Below the pieces are notes generated by a model that did no database searches, was not told the DNA's origin, and worked only from the letters and a program-made list of their open reading frames with translations. From Calditrichia bacterium (GTDB lineage: Bacteria > Calditrichota > Calditrichia > Calditrichales > J004), in the NCBI GenBank assembly GCA_026991535.1, contig JALXBH010000166.1, positions 1-56,618 on the forward strand: a DNA stretch of 56,618 nucleotides. Direction: 5' to 3'. Position numbers and translations under genes: made by a program. Below are positions 1-8,902 of this stretch, piece by piece; the stretch's first letter is position 1, and the number at the start of each line of letters is the position of its first letter.

Positions 1-920
1 AGATTAAAAACGGCGTAAATGAAACGTTTGTTAAAAACCAACTTGCCCATTTAAGACAAACCCCGGCCCGCATAATTACCTATTGGGATAAGGAGTATCC
101 CCGCTCGCTTAAGGCTATCTATGATCCACCGGCCCTTTTGTTTGTGGAAGGCGATGCTTCCCTGATGGACCAGCCTGCGGTCGCGGTGGTGGGTACGCGG
201 GTGCCCTCGGCTTATGGCAAGCATGTTACCGACAGCCTGACCCGAGAGTTGTGCCGTCAGGGTTTGGTTATTGCCAGCGGGTTTGCCCGGGGCGTGGATA
301 CCATTGCCCATAAGGCGGCCCTGAGTGCCGGAGGGCATACCCTGGCTGTGCTGGGAAACGGGCTGGATGTTATCTATCCCTCGGAAAACCGCGTGTTGTT
401 GGAGCCCTTTGCCCGGAAGGGGCTGCGCATTTCCGAATATCCCTTCGGCACCAAACCCGATAGTGGCAATTTTCCCAAGCGGAACCGTATCATCAGCGGT
501 CTGAGTCTCGGTGTGCTGGTGGTGGAAGCAGGGGAGAAGAGCGGCGCCCTGTTGACGGCCATGTATGCTCTGGATCAGAACCGGGAGGTGTTTGCCGTGC
601 CCGGCCCCATCAGCTCGCCTAAAAGCGCCGGAACCAATAACCTGATAAAACAGGGCGCCAAGCTGGTTCAGAATGTGGATGATATCCTGTCCGAGCTGGG
701 CGGTGTGGCTTTTGAGGATAAAAAAGAGGAAAAACCCGAACCGGCGCTTGAAGAGCCCGCCCTGAGCATTTATCGTTTTTTGGGGAATGAACCCCGCCAT
801 ATCGATCAAATCGCCCTGGAATGCCGCCTGAGCCCTTCAGAGGCCCTAAATCAACTACTGATGCTGGAGCTAAATGGCCATATCCGGCAACTGGCCGGAA
901 AAATGTTTGTGCAACGGTAG
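1..920 (+). CDS. dprA: DNA-processing protein DprA (Smf), 5' end cut by window edge
   Basis: Frame 3 is open from nt 3 (IKNGVNETF...YPRSLKAIYDPPALLFVEGD) and runs into ORF 138..920. DprA core motifs GFARGVDTIAHKAAL, VLGNGLDVIYPSEN, PKRNRIISGLS, VVEAGEKSGAL. Confidence 0.9.
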   Translation, partial: IKNGVNETFVKNQLAHLRQTPARIITYWDKEYPRSLKAIYDPPALLFVEGDASLMDQPAVAVVGTRVPSAYGKHVTDSLTRELCRQGLVIASGFARGVDTIAHKAALSAGGHTLAVLGNGLDVIYPSENRVLLEPFARKGLRISEYPFGTKPDSGNFPKRNRIISGLSLGVLVVEAGEKSGALLTAMYALDQNREVFAVPGPISSPKSAGTNNLIKQGAKLVQNVDDILSELGGVAFEDKKEEKPEPALEEPALSIYRFLGNEPRHIDQIALECRLSPSEALNQLLMLELNGHIRQLAGKMFVQR

Positions 921-924
921 CCTG

Positions 925-1596
925 TTAGCGGGGCGCGCGGCGGCTGTCCAGATAAAAGGCCAGGGCGGCAAAAACAAAATAGGCGGCCAGGGCCGATGTG
1001 GCGATACCCGCTTCCGTTTCATCGGGGGAGACGGGGCCAAAGATGTTGATGATATTGGCGCCCAGCATTAAAACGACGAATAGCGGGATACCGTACCGGG
1101 CCAGCCCTTTCTCTCCCCGGGTGCTCTTCATGTACAAATAGAGTCCGCCCACCAGCAACAGCGCCTCCAGCCCATAGGTCAGCAAGGCATTGTTCCACAG
1201 GCCGAATCCCAGCTTTAGGGAGTCGTCGCCCAGCAGGGGGAGATCGGGGGTATGTACCAGCAGATCCAGGAACCAGTGGGAGAGTACCGCCAGGGCCACC
1301 ACGGCGGCCATGCGCCTTTTATGACCCTTACCCGACCATAACACAAGAGCGGCGGCAAAGGTCAGCCCGGCCCAAACAAAGGCTGAAAGCAGACTGTGGG
1401 TGTAGGGCATGTATTCCAGAAAAAAATGGGTGGAAGCGGTATAATGGGGGATAAACTGAAAACGCTCGATACCCAATAGGGCAAACGGAAAAAAAAGAAT
1501 ATCGACAAACTGTACCCCAAGAAACAGCCAGCCCAGAGAAACCCGGTTATCAACGGATTTCAAGGCCAGGCCCGCGGCGTAGTGACCCACAAACAT
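925..1596 (-). CDS. Polytopic membrane protein, YdjM-like membrane-bound metal-dependent hydrolase family (tentative)
   Basis: ATG at 1596 preceded by GGAGG. Several hydrophobic helices. MPYTHSL and LSHWFLDLLVHTPDLPLL resemble the GFTHSL / LSHxxxDxxT motifs I recall from E. coli YdjM; not searched. Confidence 0.5.
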   Translation of the reverse strand: MFVGHYAAGLALKSVDNRVSLGWLFLGVQFVDILFFPFALLGIERFQFIPHYTASTHFFLEYMPYTHSLLSAFVWAGLTFAAALVLWSGKGHKRRMAAVVALAVLSHWFLDLLVHTPDLPLLGDDSLKLGFGLWNNALLTYGLEALLLVGGLYLYMKSTRGEKGLARYGIPLFVVLMLGANIINIFGPVSPDETEAGIATSALAAYFVFAALAFYLDSRRAPR

Positions 1597-1691
1597 ATCA
1601 TTTCCTCCCGATTTTTTATAACGGCAAGCTACAGCAGCGGATTGTTTTTATCAATAGGGGGCTATGGGGCCGGGAAGAAACGGGGTAAGAG

Positions 1692-2453
1692 CTAACCCCG
1701 GCGGTGCACCACCGTGGCCGCCGCCTGCGCCGTGGGGAAGATCACCACATCGGCGATCTGCACATGGGCCGGCCGGCTGGCGATAAACAGGGCCACATCG
1801 GCAATATCGCGTCCCGTAAGCGGTTCCATCCCCTTATAAACATTGTCCGCCTTCTGTTTGTCGCCTTCAAAGCGCACAACGCTGAACTCCGTTTCCACCA
1901 GTCCCGGATCGATGGAGGAAACACGCAGCGCCGTATCCACCACATCCAGGCGCAGCCCCTTGGTCAGGGCGTCCACGGCATGTTTGCTGGCGCAATAAAC
2001 CGCGCCACCGGGGTACACCTCATGCCCGGCAATGGAACCGATATTGATGATATCACCCCGGCCGCGGGCAATCATTTTGGGTACCATCTGCCGCGTAACA
2101 TACAACAGGCCCTTGACATTGGTATCGATCATGGTGTCATAATGATCGGGATTGGCCTCCTGCACCCGGCCCATGCCCAGAGCCAGTCCCGCATTGTTGA
2201 TCAGCACGTCCACGGCCTCAACTCCCTTCAGGGCCTCTTCCACGGCGGGGCGCTGGCGCACATCCAGCACAATGGTTTCGACGCTAATACCATACTTCTC
2301 CTTTAATTCCGCCCCCAGCTCATCCAGCCGTTTCCGGCGGCGGGCGATCAGTATAAGGTGGGCCCCTTCGGCGGCAAATACTTCGGCACAGGCGCGACCA
2401 ATACCACTGCTGGCGCCGGTGATTAAAACTCTTTTTCCTTCCAGTGTACTCAT
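1692..2453 (-). CDS. Short-chain dehydrogenase/reductase, YdfG-like NADP-dependent
   Basis: TGASSGIG cofactor motif, NNAG, catalytic YCASK (YxxxK). Start taken at MSTLEGK with GGGAG upstream; the frame stays open to 2477. Confidence 0.85.
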   Translation of the reverse strand: MSTLEGKRVLITGASSGIGRACAEVFAAEGAHLILIARRRKRLDELGAELKEKYGISVETIVLDVRQRPAVEEALKGVEAVDVLINNAGLALGMGRVQEANPDHYDTMIDTNVKGLLYVTRQMVPKMIARGRGDIINIGSIAGHEVYPGGAVYCASKHAVDALTKGLRLDVVDTALRVSSIDPGLVETEFSVVRFEGDKQKADNVYKGMEPLTGRDIADVALFIASRPAHVQIADVVIFPTAQAAATVVHRRG

Positions 2454-2701
2454 ATTTCGGACTCCCGGGTTATCCATGCATGTCGTATCCGTTTACCGCG
2501 ACTTTTCCGCCAGGGGTAACGGAGATCACCGTAATTTAGCAATAACAAAGGTATACTACAATTTCAGTTAATAACAAAACGGACAAAAGTCAATCGCCCT
2601 CCTTTCAGCCGGGAAGCCGATTAAGTTTGCATAAAAATAAATTCGCCATAAATTACTTTTCCCGGGAGATGGGGTTAACAATTAAAAATACCGGCCTGTA
2701 C

Positions 2702-5700
2702 ATGATGATTAGAAAAACGCCTGTCCTGCTCGTTGCCATATTCATGATGGTTATTATAGATGCGGTCTCCGGTCAGACCTATCGTTTCAATACCTATCGT
2801 GACAAAGGGTATTCCGCAAATCAAATATTTTCGCTATTGCAGGATGACCGGGGCTATATCTGGATCGGTTCCGGAGTGGGGCTCTCCCGCTATGACTCCG
2901 ACCATTTTCAAACCTTTACGGTGGAGAACGGGCTGCCGGCCAATGAGATACTCTCCCTGGCGCAGGACAGTTCGGGTGCTCTGTGGGTGGGAACGGCCCT
3001 GGGCATGGCCCGGATATATCCGCGTAAGGACGGCACGGTGGATATAAAAAACGGACTTACCTTTTTTAGCCGTTATTCCATCTCCGCGCTGGCCATTCAA
3101 AAAGACTGGCTGTGGATTGGCACGCGCCGTAACGGTTTGTACCGCATAAGCCTGAAAAGGCAGGCTCCCGTAAAGACCCTGGAAAAAGGAGTGTCCGTTA
3201 AGGAGATCAAGCTCTCCGCCGATGGCAGCGTGTGGGTTTTGGATGAGAACGGTCTGAAACGTTATAACATGAGCGGACGCCTGTTAAAAAACTATCCGCT
3301 TGATCTTGGCGCGCGGTTGAAATCTTTTCTGCCGGTTCGCAACAGTATCTGGCTGGGGAGCGGACGCGGTTTGTATCGTCTTGATATGGAAAACGGCAGG
3401 CCCCGTTTTTTCTCCCTGCCGGGCGTCGCATCCATTGACGTTAACCGTATGATTGCCGGCAGGGACGGCGCCCTGTGGCTGGCCGTTAATAAGGGACTGT
3501 TTCGTATTGATGGTGATAAAGTCAATTATTGGCATAAAAAAAACGGTCTGCCCGGGGAAGATATCCGGGCCCTGTTATTTGACGCGGAGAATAATTTGTG
3601 GGCCGGCAGCTATACCAACGGCCTTTTTTCCTTTAGCAACCGCTATGTGTTCAGCTATACGGAAAAGGATGGTCTTCTCAGCCCGGCGGTAAACTGCGTG
3701 ACCGATGATCCGGCCACGGGCCGGCGTTTGCTGGCCACCGACAGGGGCATATTTATAACCGCCGCCGACGGTTTGAGCAGAGACCCGCGCTTTACCGCTT
3801 TGAACGATAAAATTATATGGTTTATTTATCACGATAATTCCGGTGATCTATGGCTTGGCGGTGAGGATGTGCTGATGCGTTACAGCGGAGGCGGATTGCG
3901 GCCGGTAAGGCTGGCCCCCGTAACGGCGGAATGTACTTTTCTTGATATGCTGCAGGATAAAACGGGGCGCTATTGGTTTGCCACCACCATCGGCCTTTTT
4001 GCCCGCGACGGGCAGGGGGAATATGCCTTTCCCGAATTTGCCCGCCATGACATTCGCTCCGTGTGGGATGTTTTTCAGGCATCCGGCGATACTCTTTTTT
4101 TTGGTACCGACAACGGGCTGGCTTTTTATGATGGTAAAACGTTTGAGTTCGTGCAGGATACACGGGGCTTGCCGGACAGGGCTATTTACACCATTGCCGA
4201 GGACAGCGACGGCGGTATTTGGCTGGGGGGCGATCGGGGTATTATTTTACGTAAAAACAACCGCTATACCCTGTATGGACGTGAAGCCGGTTTTGAGGGT
4301 ACCATCATTGCGCAGATTCTGAGTGATCCCTCGCGTAAGGGCTTGTGGGTCTGTACCGATAAGGGAATTCAGTTTTTTAAGGATGGCCGGGCCGGACGTC
4401 CCTTCCGGGCCATAGACGGCCTGGCCGGGGATGAGTTTACCACCCAAAACTCTACCTGGATGGCGCCCGACGGCCGTTTATGGCTGGGAGTTTTTGGTGG
4501 ACTGACGGTGCTGGATCCGCAATGGATGTTTCGCGAAATGCCCCAGCCCCGGGTGTTTTACCGCCGCGCCGGTTTTTCGGCCTTCCCCGATTCCCAGCTC
4601 ATTGTACTAAACGCCGAGGTCACCATTCCCTATGACCAGGCCAATATCCTTTTTGATGTTCAGGGTATCTATTATTACAACCCCTCGGCCCTGCGCCTGG
4701 AATACCGGCTGGAAGGCTACGATACGGACTGGCGGCAAACCCGTCCGGTACAGGTCATTCGCTATAACCGTCTTTCTCCCGGAAAATATCATTTTCGTAT
4801 CCGCGCCCGTCTCGGGGATCAGATCATTCCCCTGGACAGTCTGGATCGTTCCTTTGAAGTGGAACATCCCTTCTGGTTTTCCTGGTGGTTTATCGTTCTG
4901 GTGTTTGTGGTGGCCATGTTCCCGCTGTTGCTCTATTTTCGCTATCAGTCAGGTAAAATGGAAGAGGTCAACAAGGCCCTGCAGGAGCAAATCTCCAAGA
5001 ACAGCAGGGATCTGGCCCTGGCCGAGGCCCTGCTGGAAAATATCGTGGAGCACTCGGGGCATATTCTGATCACCGTGGATGTTAAGGGACGTATCGTCAC
5101 CTGGAACAAGCGCGCCGAGGAGATTTTCGGTTTTTCCAAGGACTATATTTTACACAAGTCCGTTTCCCTGCTGGATATCGACAATGATCCGGCCACTTTC
5201 GATTCCATTTTAAAGGATACCCTGCGCGGCGGTGTTTTACGTATGCTGGAGATTAAAAAGAAATCGGCGGACGGACGGCTGGTGGAACTGGTGGCCACGG
5301 CCACGGCCCTTAAGGACCGCGATCATAAAAATTCCCTGATAAGCCTGGATATGGAAGACTTTAGCGAGCGCAACCGTTTGATGGAACTGCGCATCAACCG
5401 GGAGCGGCTGCTGGCGGGCATAGAGGCCCTCAACCGGTTGCTGGCTACGCTGTCGCACTATATCAATAACTCCATCGCCAGTATCAGCGGCATGGCCCAA
5501 CTGGTGCAGATGGACGATTCCTATCAGGACAAGTTTAACGAGATCACTCAATTTCAGGTGCGCCGCATTCAGGCCGTGCTGGCCAGCCTGGGTGAACTGG
5601 TGCGTTCGCTGAATGTGCAAACCCGCGATTATGTGGGTGAGGACGATCGTCTGTTTGATATCGAACAGCAGATCAACGCTTTTATCGACTCATTTCATAA

Positions 5701-5761
5701 TACGAAAAAAAAGGAAGACGAGGCCTCCGGTGCCTCGCGGAAGGATAACGATGCCGATTGA
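2702..5761 (+). CDS. Sensor protein: N-terminal beta-propeller repeats plus Y_Y_Y domain, one TM helix, PAS, HisKA-like DHp helix, no ATPase domain
   Basis: Repeated IWIGSGVGLSRYD / LWVGTALGMARI / LWLGGDRGI propeller units. Y_Y_Y signature (GIYYYNPSALRLEYRLEGYDTDW...GKYHFRIRA). TM WFIVLVFVVAMFPLLLYF. PAS (ILITVDVKGRIVTWNKRAEEIFGF). DHp-like LATLSHYINNSIASISGMAQL. Start chosen at MMIRK before the signal/TM segment; the ORF is open from 2627. Confidence 0.8.
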   Translation: MMIRKTPVLLVAIFMMVIIDAVSGQTYRFNTYRDKGYSANQIFSLLQDDRGYIWIGSGVGLSRYDSDHFQTFTVENGLPANEILSLAQDSSGALWVGTALGMARIYPRKDGTVDIKNGLTFFSRYSISALAIQKDWLWIGTRRNGLYRISLKRQAPVKTLEKGVSVKEIKLSADGSVWVLDENGLKRYNMSGRLLKNYPLDLGARLKSFLPVRNSIWLGSGRGLYRLDMENGRPRFFSLPGVASIDVNRMIAGRDGALWLAVNKGLFRIDGDKVNYWHKKNGLPGEDIRALLFDAENNLWAGSYTNGLFSFSNRYVFSYTEKDGLLSPAVNCVTDDPATGRRLLATDRGIFITAADGLSRDPRFTALNDKIIWFIYHDNSGDLWLGGEDVLMRYSGGGLRPVRLAPVTAECTFLDMLQDKTGRYWFATTIGLFARDGQGEYAFPEFARHDIRSVWDVFQASGDTLFFGTDNGLAFYDGKTFEFVQDTRGLPDRAIYTIAEDSDGGIWLGGDRGIILRKNNRYTLYGREAGFEGTIIAQILSDPSRKGLWVCTDKGIQFFKDGRAGRPFRAIDGLAGDEFTTQNSTWMAPDGRLWLGVFGGLTVLDPQWMFREMPQPRVFYRRAGFSAFPDSQLIVLNAEVTIPYDQANILFDVQGIYYYNPSALRLEYRLEGYDTDWRQTRPVQVIRYNRLSPGKYHFRIRARLGDQIIPLDSLDRSFEVEHPFWFSWWFIVLVFVVAMFPLLLYFRYQSGKMEEVNKALQEQISKNSRDLALAEALLENIVEHSGHILITVDVKGRIVTWNKRAEEIFGFSKDYILHKSVSLLDIDNDPATFDSILKDTLRGGVLRMLEIKKKSADGRLVELVATATALKDRDHKNSLISLDMEDFSERNRLMELRINRERLLAGIEALNRLLATLSHYINNSIASISGMAQLVQMDDSYQDKFNEITQFQVRRIQAVLASLGELVRSLNVQTRDYVGEDDRLFDIEQQINAFIDSFHNTKKKEDEASGASRKDNDAD

Positions 5762-6455
5762 TGTTTTGGCCTTTGGGCCGCACCCCGATGATGTGGAACT
5801 GTTTTGCGGCGGTTTATTGCTTAAATTGAAAAAACAGGGCTACCGCACGGCCATCGCGGATATGACCCGGGGCGAGCTGGGCACGCGGGGAACGGTGGAA
5901 ATTCGTGCCGCCGAAGCCGCCGAAGCCGCCCGGATACTAAAGGCAGACCAACGGCTGAACCTGGATATCGCCGATGGCGGCGTGCGTGCCGAGGATGGGC
6001 AAAAAAGTAAGGTGGTGGAGGTGTTGAGACGCCTGCGGCCCCGGATTGTGCTGGCCCCCTATTTTCAGGATCGTCATCCCGACCATGTACAGGGCGCGCG
6101 CTTGATTGAGGAAGCGGTATTCCTGAGCGGCGTGGCCAAATGGCATCCCGGGCTGGAACCCTGGCGGCCTCATACGGTGATCCACTATTTTATGCACCGG
6201 GTGGACAGTCCTTCCTTTATCGTGGATATCTCCGGGGAGATGGAAGAAAAATTGCGCGCGGTGAAAGCCTATAAAAGCCAGTTCCACGATCCCGCTTCCG
6301 CTGAGCCGGAAACCTATATCAGCAGTCCGGCTTTTCTCGAATCGGTAAAAACACGCGCCGCCTATTTTGGCTTTAAGATTGGTGTTGAATATGGTGAGCC
6401 TTTTTTCGTAAAATCCCCTTTAAGGATTGATAACATAATGACTCTGGTTCCGTAG
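5751..6455 (+). CDS. bshB1: LmbE/PIG-L family deacetylase, BshB1-type (bacillithiol biosynthesis)
   Basis: VLAFGPHPDDVELFCGG, DMTRGELGTRGT, RLNLDIADGG and HPDH motifs line up with BshB1 as I recall it. The ATG at 5751 overlaps the upstream stop by 11 nt. Confidence 0.8.
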   Translation: MPIDVLAFGPHPDDVELFCGGLLLKLKKQGYRTAIADMTRGELGTRGTVEIRAAEAAEAARILKADQRLNLDIADGGVRAEDGQKSKVVEVLRRLRPRIVLAPYFQDRHPDHVQGARLIEEAVFLSGVAKWHPGLEPWRPHTVIHYFMHRVDSPSFIVDISGEMEEKLRAVKAYKSQFHDPASAEPETYISSPAFLESVKTRAAYFGFKIGVEYGEPFFVKSPLRIDNIMTLVP

Positions 6456-6489
6456 TAAGGAAACAGCCAACGTCCCGAAGGAAATACCC

Positions 6490-6939
6490 ATGGCATTTAA
6501 ATTTAGCGAAGATGATATTAAGCAGATAGAAAAGGTATTGAATACCACGTTTAACAGACGGGGCGATCAATACCGCGCCGTGCTGGAAAATAAGGAAGAA
6601 GGCCGGCGCCTGACCATGGAAATCTACCCCGATCTGCAAATTGGCGAGCGCAAGGGTGTGTTGATTTCTATCTTTACCCCCTATACCCATTCGCAATTAC
6701 ATTTTTGTACCGGTTATGTGGCCAGCGAAGTGCTGGAGGAGGTGACCTTCTTTGCCGAATTCAGCGGTCATCTTTCGGGGATCATTGTCGAACGCCAGGC
6801 GGGCTGTTCCATCTTTACCAATGTGGATCGCAAACTGCTTTCGGGAGATTTTAGTCAACTGGCTCCGGAAGTGATGCTCTCCGGCATTGCCCTTTCCCTG
6901 ACCGAACCCCTGCTGGGCGGGGATGATACAAACTCCTGA
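6490..6939 (+). CDS. Hypothetical cytoplasmic protein (149 aa)
   Basis: Clean ORF in the coding-dense plus-strand run between bshB1 and xerD. No motif recognised. Confidence 0.6.
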   Translation: MAFKFSEDDIKQIEKVLNTTFNRRGDQYRAVLENKEEGRRLTMEIYPDLQIGERKGVLISIFTPYTHSQLHFCTGYVASEVLEEVTFFAEFSGHLSGIIVERQAGCSIFTNVDRKLLSGDFSQLAPEVMLSGIALSLTEPLLGGDDTNS

Positions 6940-6994
6940 CCATGCCGGGCCGGCCGTGCGCCGCGGATGCCGTTAAACCAATCCGGATATATCC

Positions 6995-7897
6995 TTGCGT
7001 CAACTTTTAAAACTCTATCTCAGTTACCTGACCTTTGAACAAAACCTGTCCGCCCATTCCGTGGACGCCTACAAGCGGGATCTGTCGCGCTATCTGGACT
7101 ATCTGGAAAGCCGGGCTATCCGCGATGTGGAACGGGTGACACCGGAACATGTGCGCCAACTGATCCAGTTGTTGAGCGAAATCGGCCTTTCGGCCAACAC
7201 CGTAGCCCGAAACCTCTCATCCATACGCGGCTTTCATCAGTTCCTGGTGGCCGAGAACGAAACAAAAAACGATCCCACCCGTCAAATCGACCGCCCCAGA
7301 ATACCGCGTTCCCTGCCCAGCGTGCTCACCATTGAGGAGTTGGACCGGTTGTGCGCCGTTCCCGATATTCGCACCCCGCTCGGCCTGCGCACCCGGGCCA
7401 TGTTCGAGCAGATGTATGCCAGCGGCTTGCGCGTTTCCGAAGTGTTAACCCTGAAAATTCCGCAAATCTATTTTGAACAGGGTATCGTACGGGTTTTTGG
7501 CAAGGGCAGCAAGGAGCGTCTGACGCCCATATCGGACACCGCCCTACATTGGGTAAGGGAGTATCTTAACCGGGCCCGTCCGGTGCTGGCCAAAACGGCG
7601 GCGGCGGGCAATGTGCTGTATCTGAACCGCCTGGGCAGGCCCATGAGCCGCATGGGCTTTTGGAAAATTCTGGATAAGGCGGCCCGCGAGGCGGATATCC
7701 GAAAAAAAATCCATCCCCATACCCTGCGCCACTCCTTTGCCACCCATCTGGTGGAGAACGGCGCCGATCTGCGGGCCGTGCAGGAGATGCTGGGGCATGT
7801 GGATATCAGCACTACCCAGATATATACCCATCTGGATCGTTCGGTGATTACCCGGCAATACCGGGAGTTTCACCCAAGGGCGCGTTTAAAGGGCTAG
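6995..7897 (+). CDS. xerD: Tyrosine site-specific recombinase XerD/XerC type
   Basis: N-terminal SAM-like core-binding region (YLTFEQNLSAHSVDAYKRDLSRYLDYL). Catalytic RxxR...LRHSFATHL...GHVDISTTQIYTHL with terminal Tyr. TTG start, no in-frame ATG upstream. Confidence 0.88.
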   Translation: MRQLLKLYLSYLTFEQNLSAHSVDAYKRDLSRYLDYLESRAIRDVERVTPEHVRQLIQLLSEIGLSANTVARNLSSIRGFHQFLVAENETKNDPTRQIDRPRIPRSLPSVLTIEELDRLCAVPDIRTPLGLRTRAMFEQMYASGLRVSEVLTLKIPQIYFEQGIVRVFGKGSKERLTPISDTALHWVREYLNRARPVLAKTAAAGNVLYLNRLGRPMSRMGFWKILDKAAREADIRKKIHPHTLRHSFATHLVENGADLRAVQEMLGHVDISTTQIYTHLDRSVITRQYREFHPRARLKG

Positions 7898-7908
7898 TCC
7901 GTCCGCTC

Positions 7909-8826
7909 TTAGTTTAAAATAATCTTAAAGCCCCGGAAATAGGAGATCACCGGACGGTGGTCGGAAACCACCGAGCGGAAATTGGGGATATCGTTGTCCA
8001 GATAACGTACTTCGGTGACGCCGCCGTCATACTCGCCTTCGCTGTCGGAAGTGATCATGATGTGATCGATCAGGCTGGCGTAGGTGGTGGAGATATAGGA
8101 GCTTTCCGTGAGTCCCTGTGTTAAAAAGCGGTATTGATCGGTTTTGCTTAAAAAGGCGTTGAACACATTGGTATCCTGAGGATCGGAGACCTGGTCGTTC
8201 CAGTCCCCCAGCACCACAAAGTCGGCGTCGGCGCCATTGGCGATCTGTTCGCGGATATAGGCTTCCAGCTTGTCACAGGCGGCTTTGCGCCGCGCTTCGT
8301 TATCCGCCCCGCCCCGGGCTTTAAGATGCAGCACGATAGCGTTAAAGTTGTATTTTAGCCCTTCGGCGTCCTTTACCTCCACATAGGCCTGCAGGGGGGG
8401 GCGGGGAAAAGCGTAACTGTCGTTGGTGAAAATGGAGTGGGCGCCGCTGACGGTGATAAAGCGGGCATTGTACAGCAGACCGGTTTTCTGGTAGCTGCCG
8501 TCGCTGTAGGTATCGTCGGAAAGTATTCCCTTCCAGCCATCGAGCGAATCGACCAGTTGATTAAAGGCGTCTATATCGGCGATCTCTTCCACGCCATACA
8601 TATCCACCCCCAGGCCGCGAATAATATCCTTGGTGGCATTGATAGTGGCCATGCCCTGCTGGGGAAAAAAGGCCAGGTTCCAGGTGGCCATCTCAAAGGA
8701 GGTGCTGTCGCCCACGGGGGTTATTACCGGTGTAAAGCCGCCGTCGTCGTCGGTGGTGATGCGTTCATTACAGCTAAACAGAAAAATCAGCGATATCAGG
8801 GGGAAAATCTTAAAAATAGGCTTCAT
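7909..8826 (-). CDS. Endonuclease/exonuclease/phosphatase (EEP) family lipoprotein
   Basis: Signal peptide with lipobox LFSC. EEP motifs ATWNLAFF, VLGDWND, IDHIMIT, SDHRPV. Confidence 0.8.
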   Translation of the reverse strand: MKPIFKIFPLISLIFLFSCNERITTDDDGGFTPVITPVGDSTSFEMATWNLAFFPQQGMATINATKDIIRGLGVDMYGVEEIADIDAFNQLVDSLDGWKGILSDDTYSDGSYQKTGLLYNARFITVSGAHSIFTNDSYAFPRPPLQAYVEVKDAEGLKYNFNAIVLHLKARGGADNEARRKAACDKLEAYIREQIANGADADFVVLGDWNDQVSDPQDTNVFNAFLSKTDQYRFLTQGLTESSYISTTYASLIDHIMITSDSEGEYDGGVTEVRYLDNDIPNFRSVVSDHRPVISYFRGFKIILN

Positions 8827-8902
8827 GGTTTCATTTCATTGGTTTTTATTTTATCTTCGGATTCTTATTGGGGGAAGTTACATAAAAAGAGCGACAGTGT
8901 AA

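Noticed and set aside
6995-7897. XerD as the integrase of the AT-rich islet
   Set aside because: It is 3 kb away with host-composition genes (EEP nuclease, hydrolase, fabH) in between. It has host-like G+C and a canonical XerC/D N-terminus. It reads as the housekeeping dimer-resolution recombinase.
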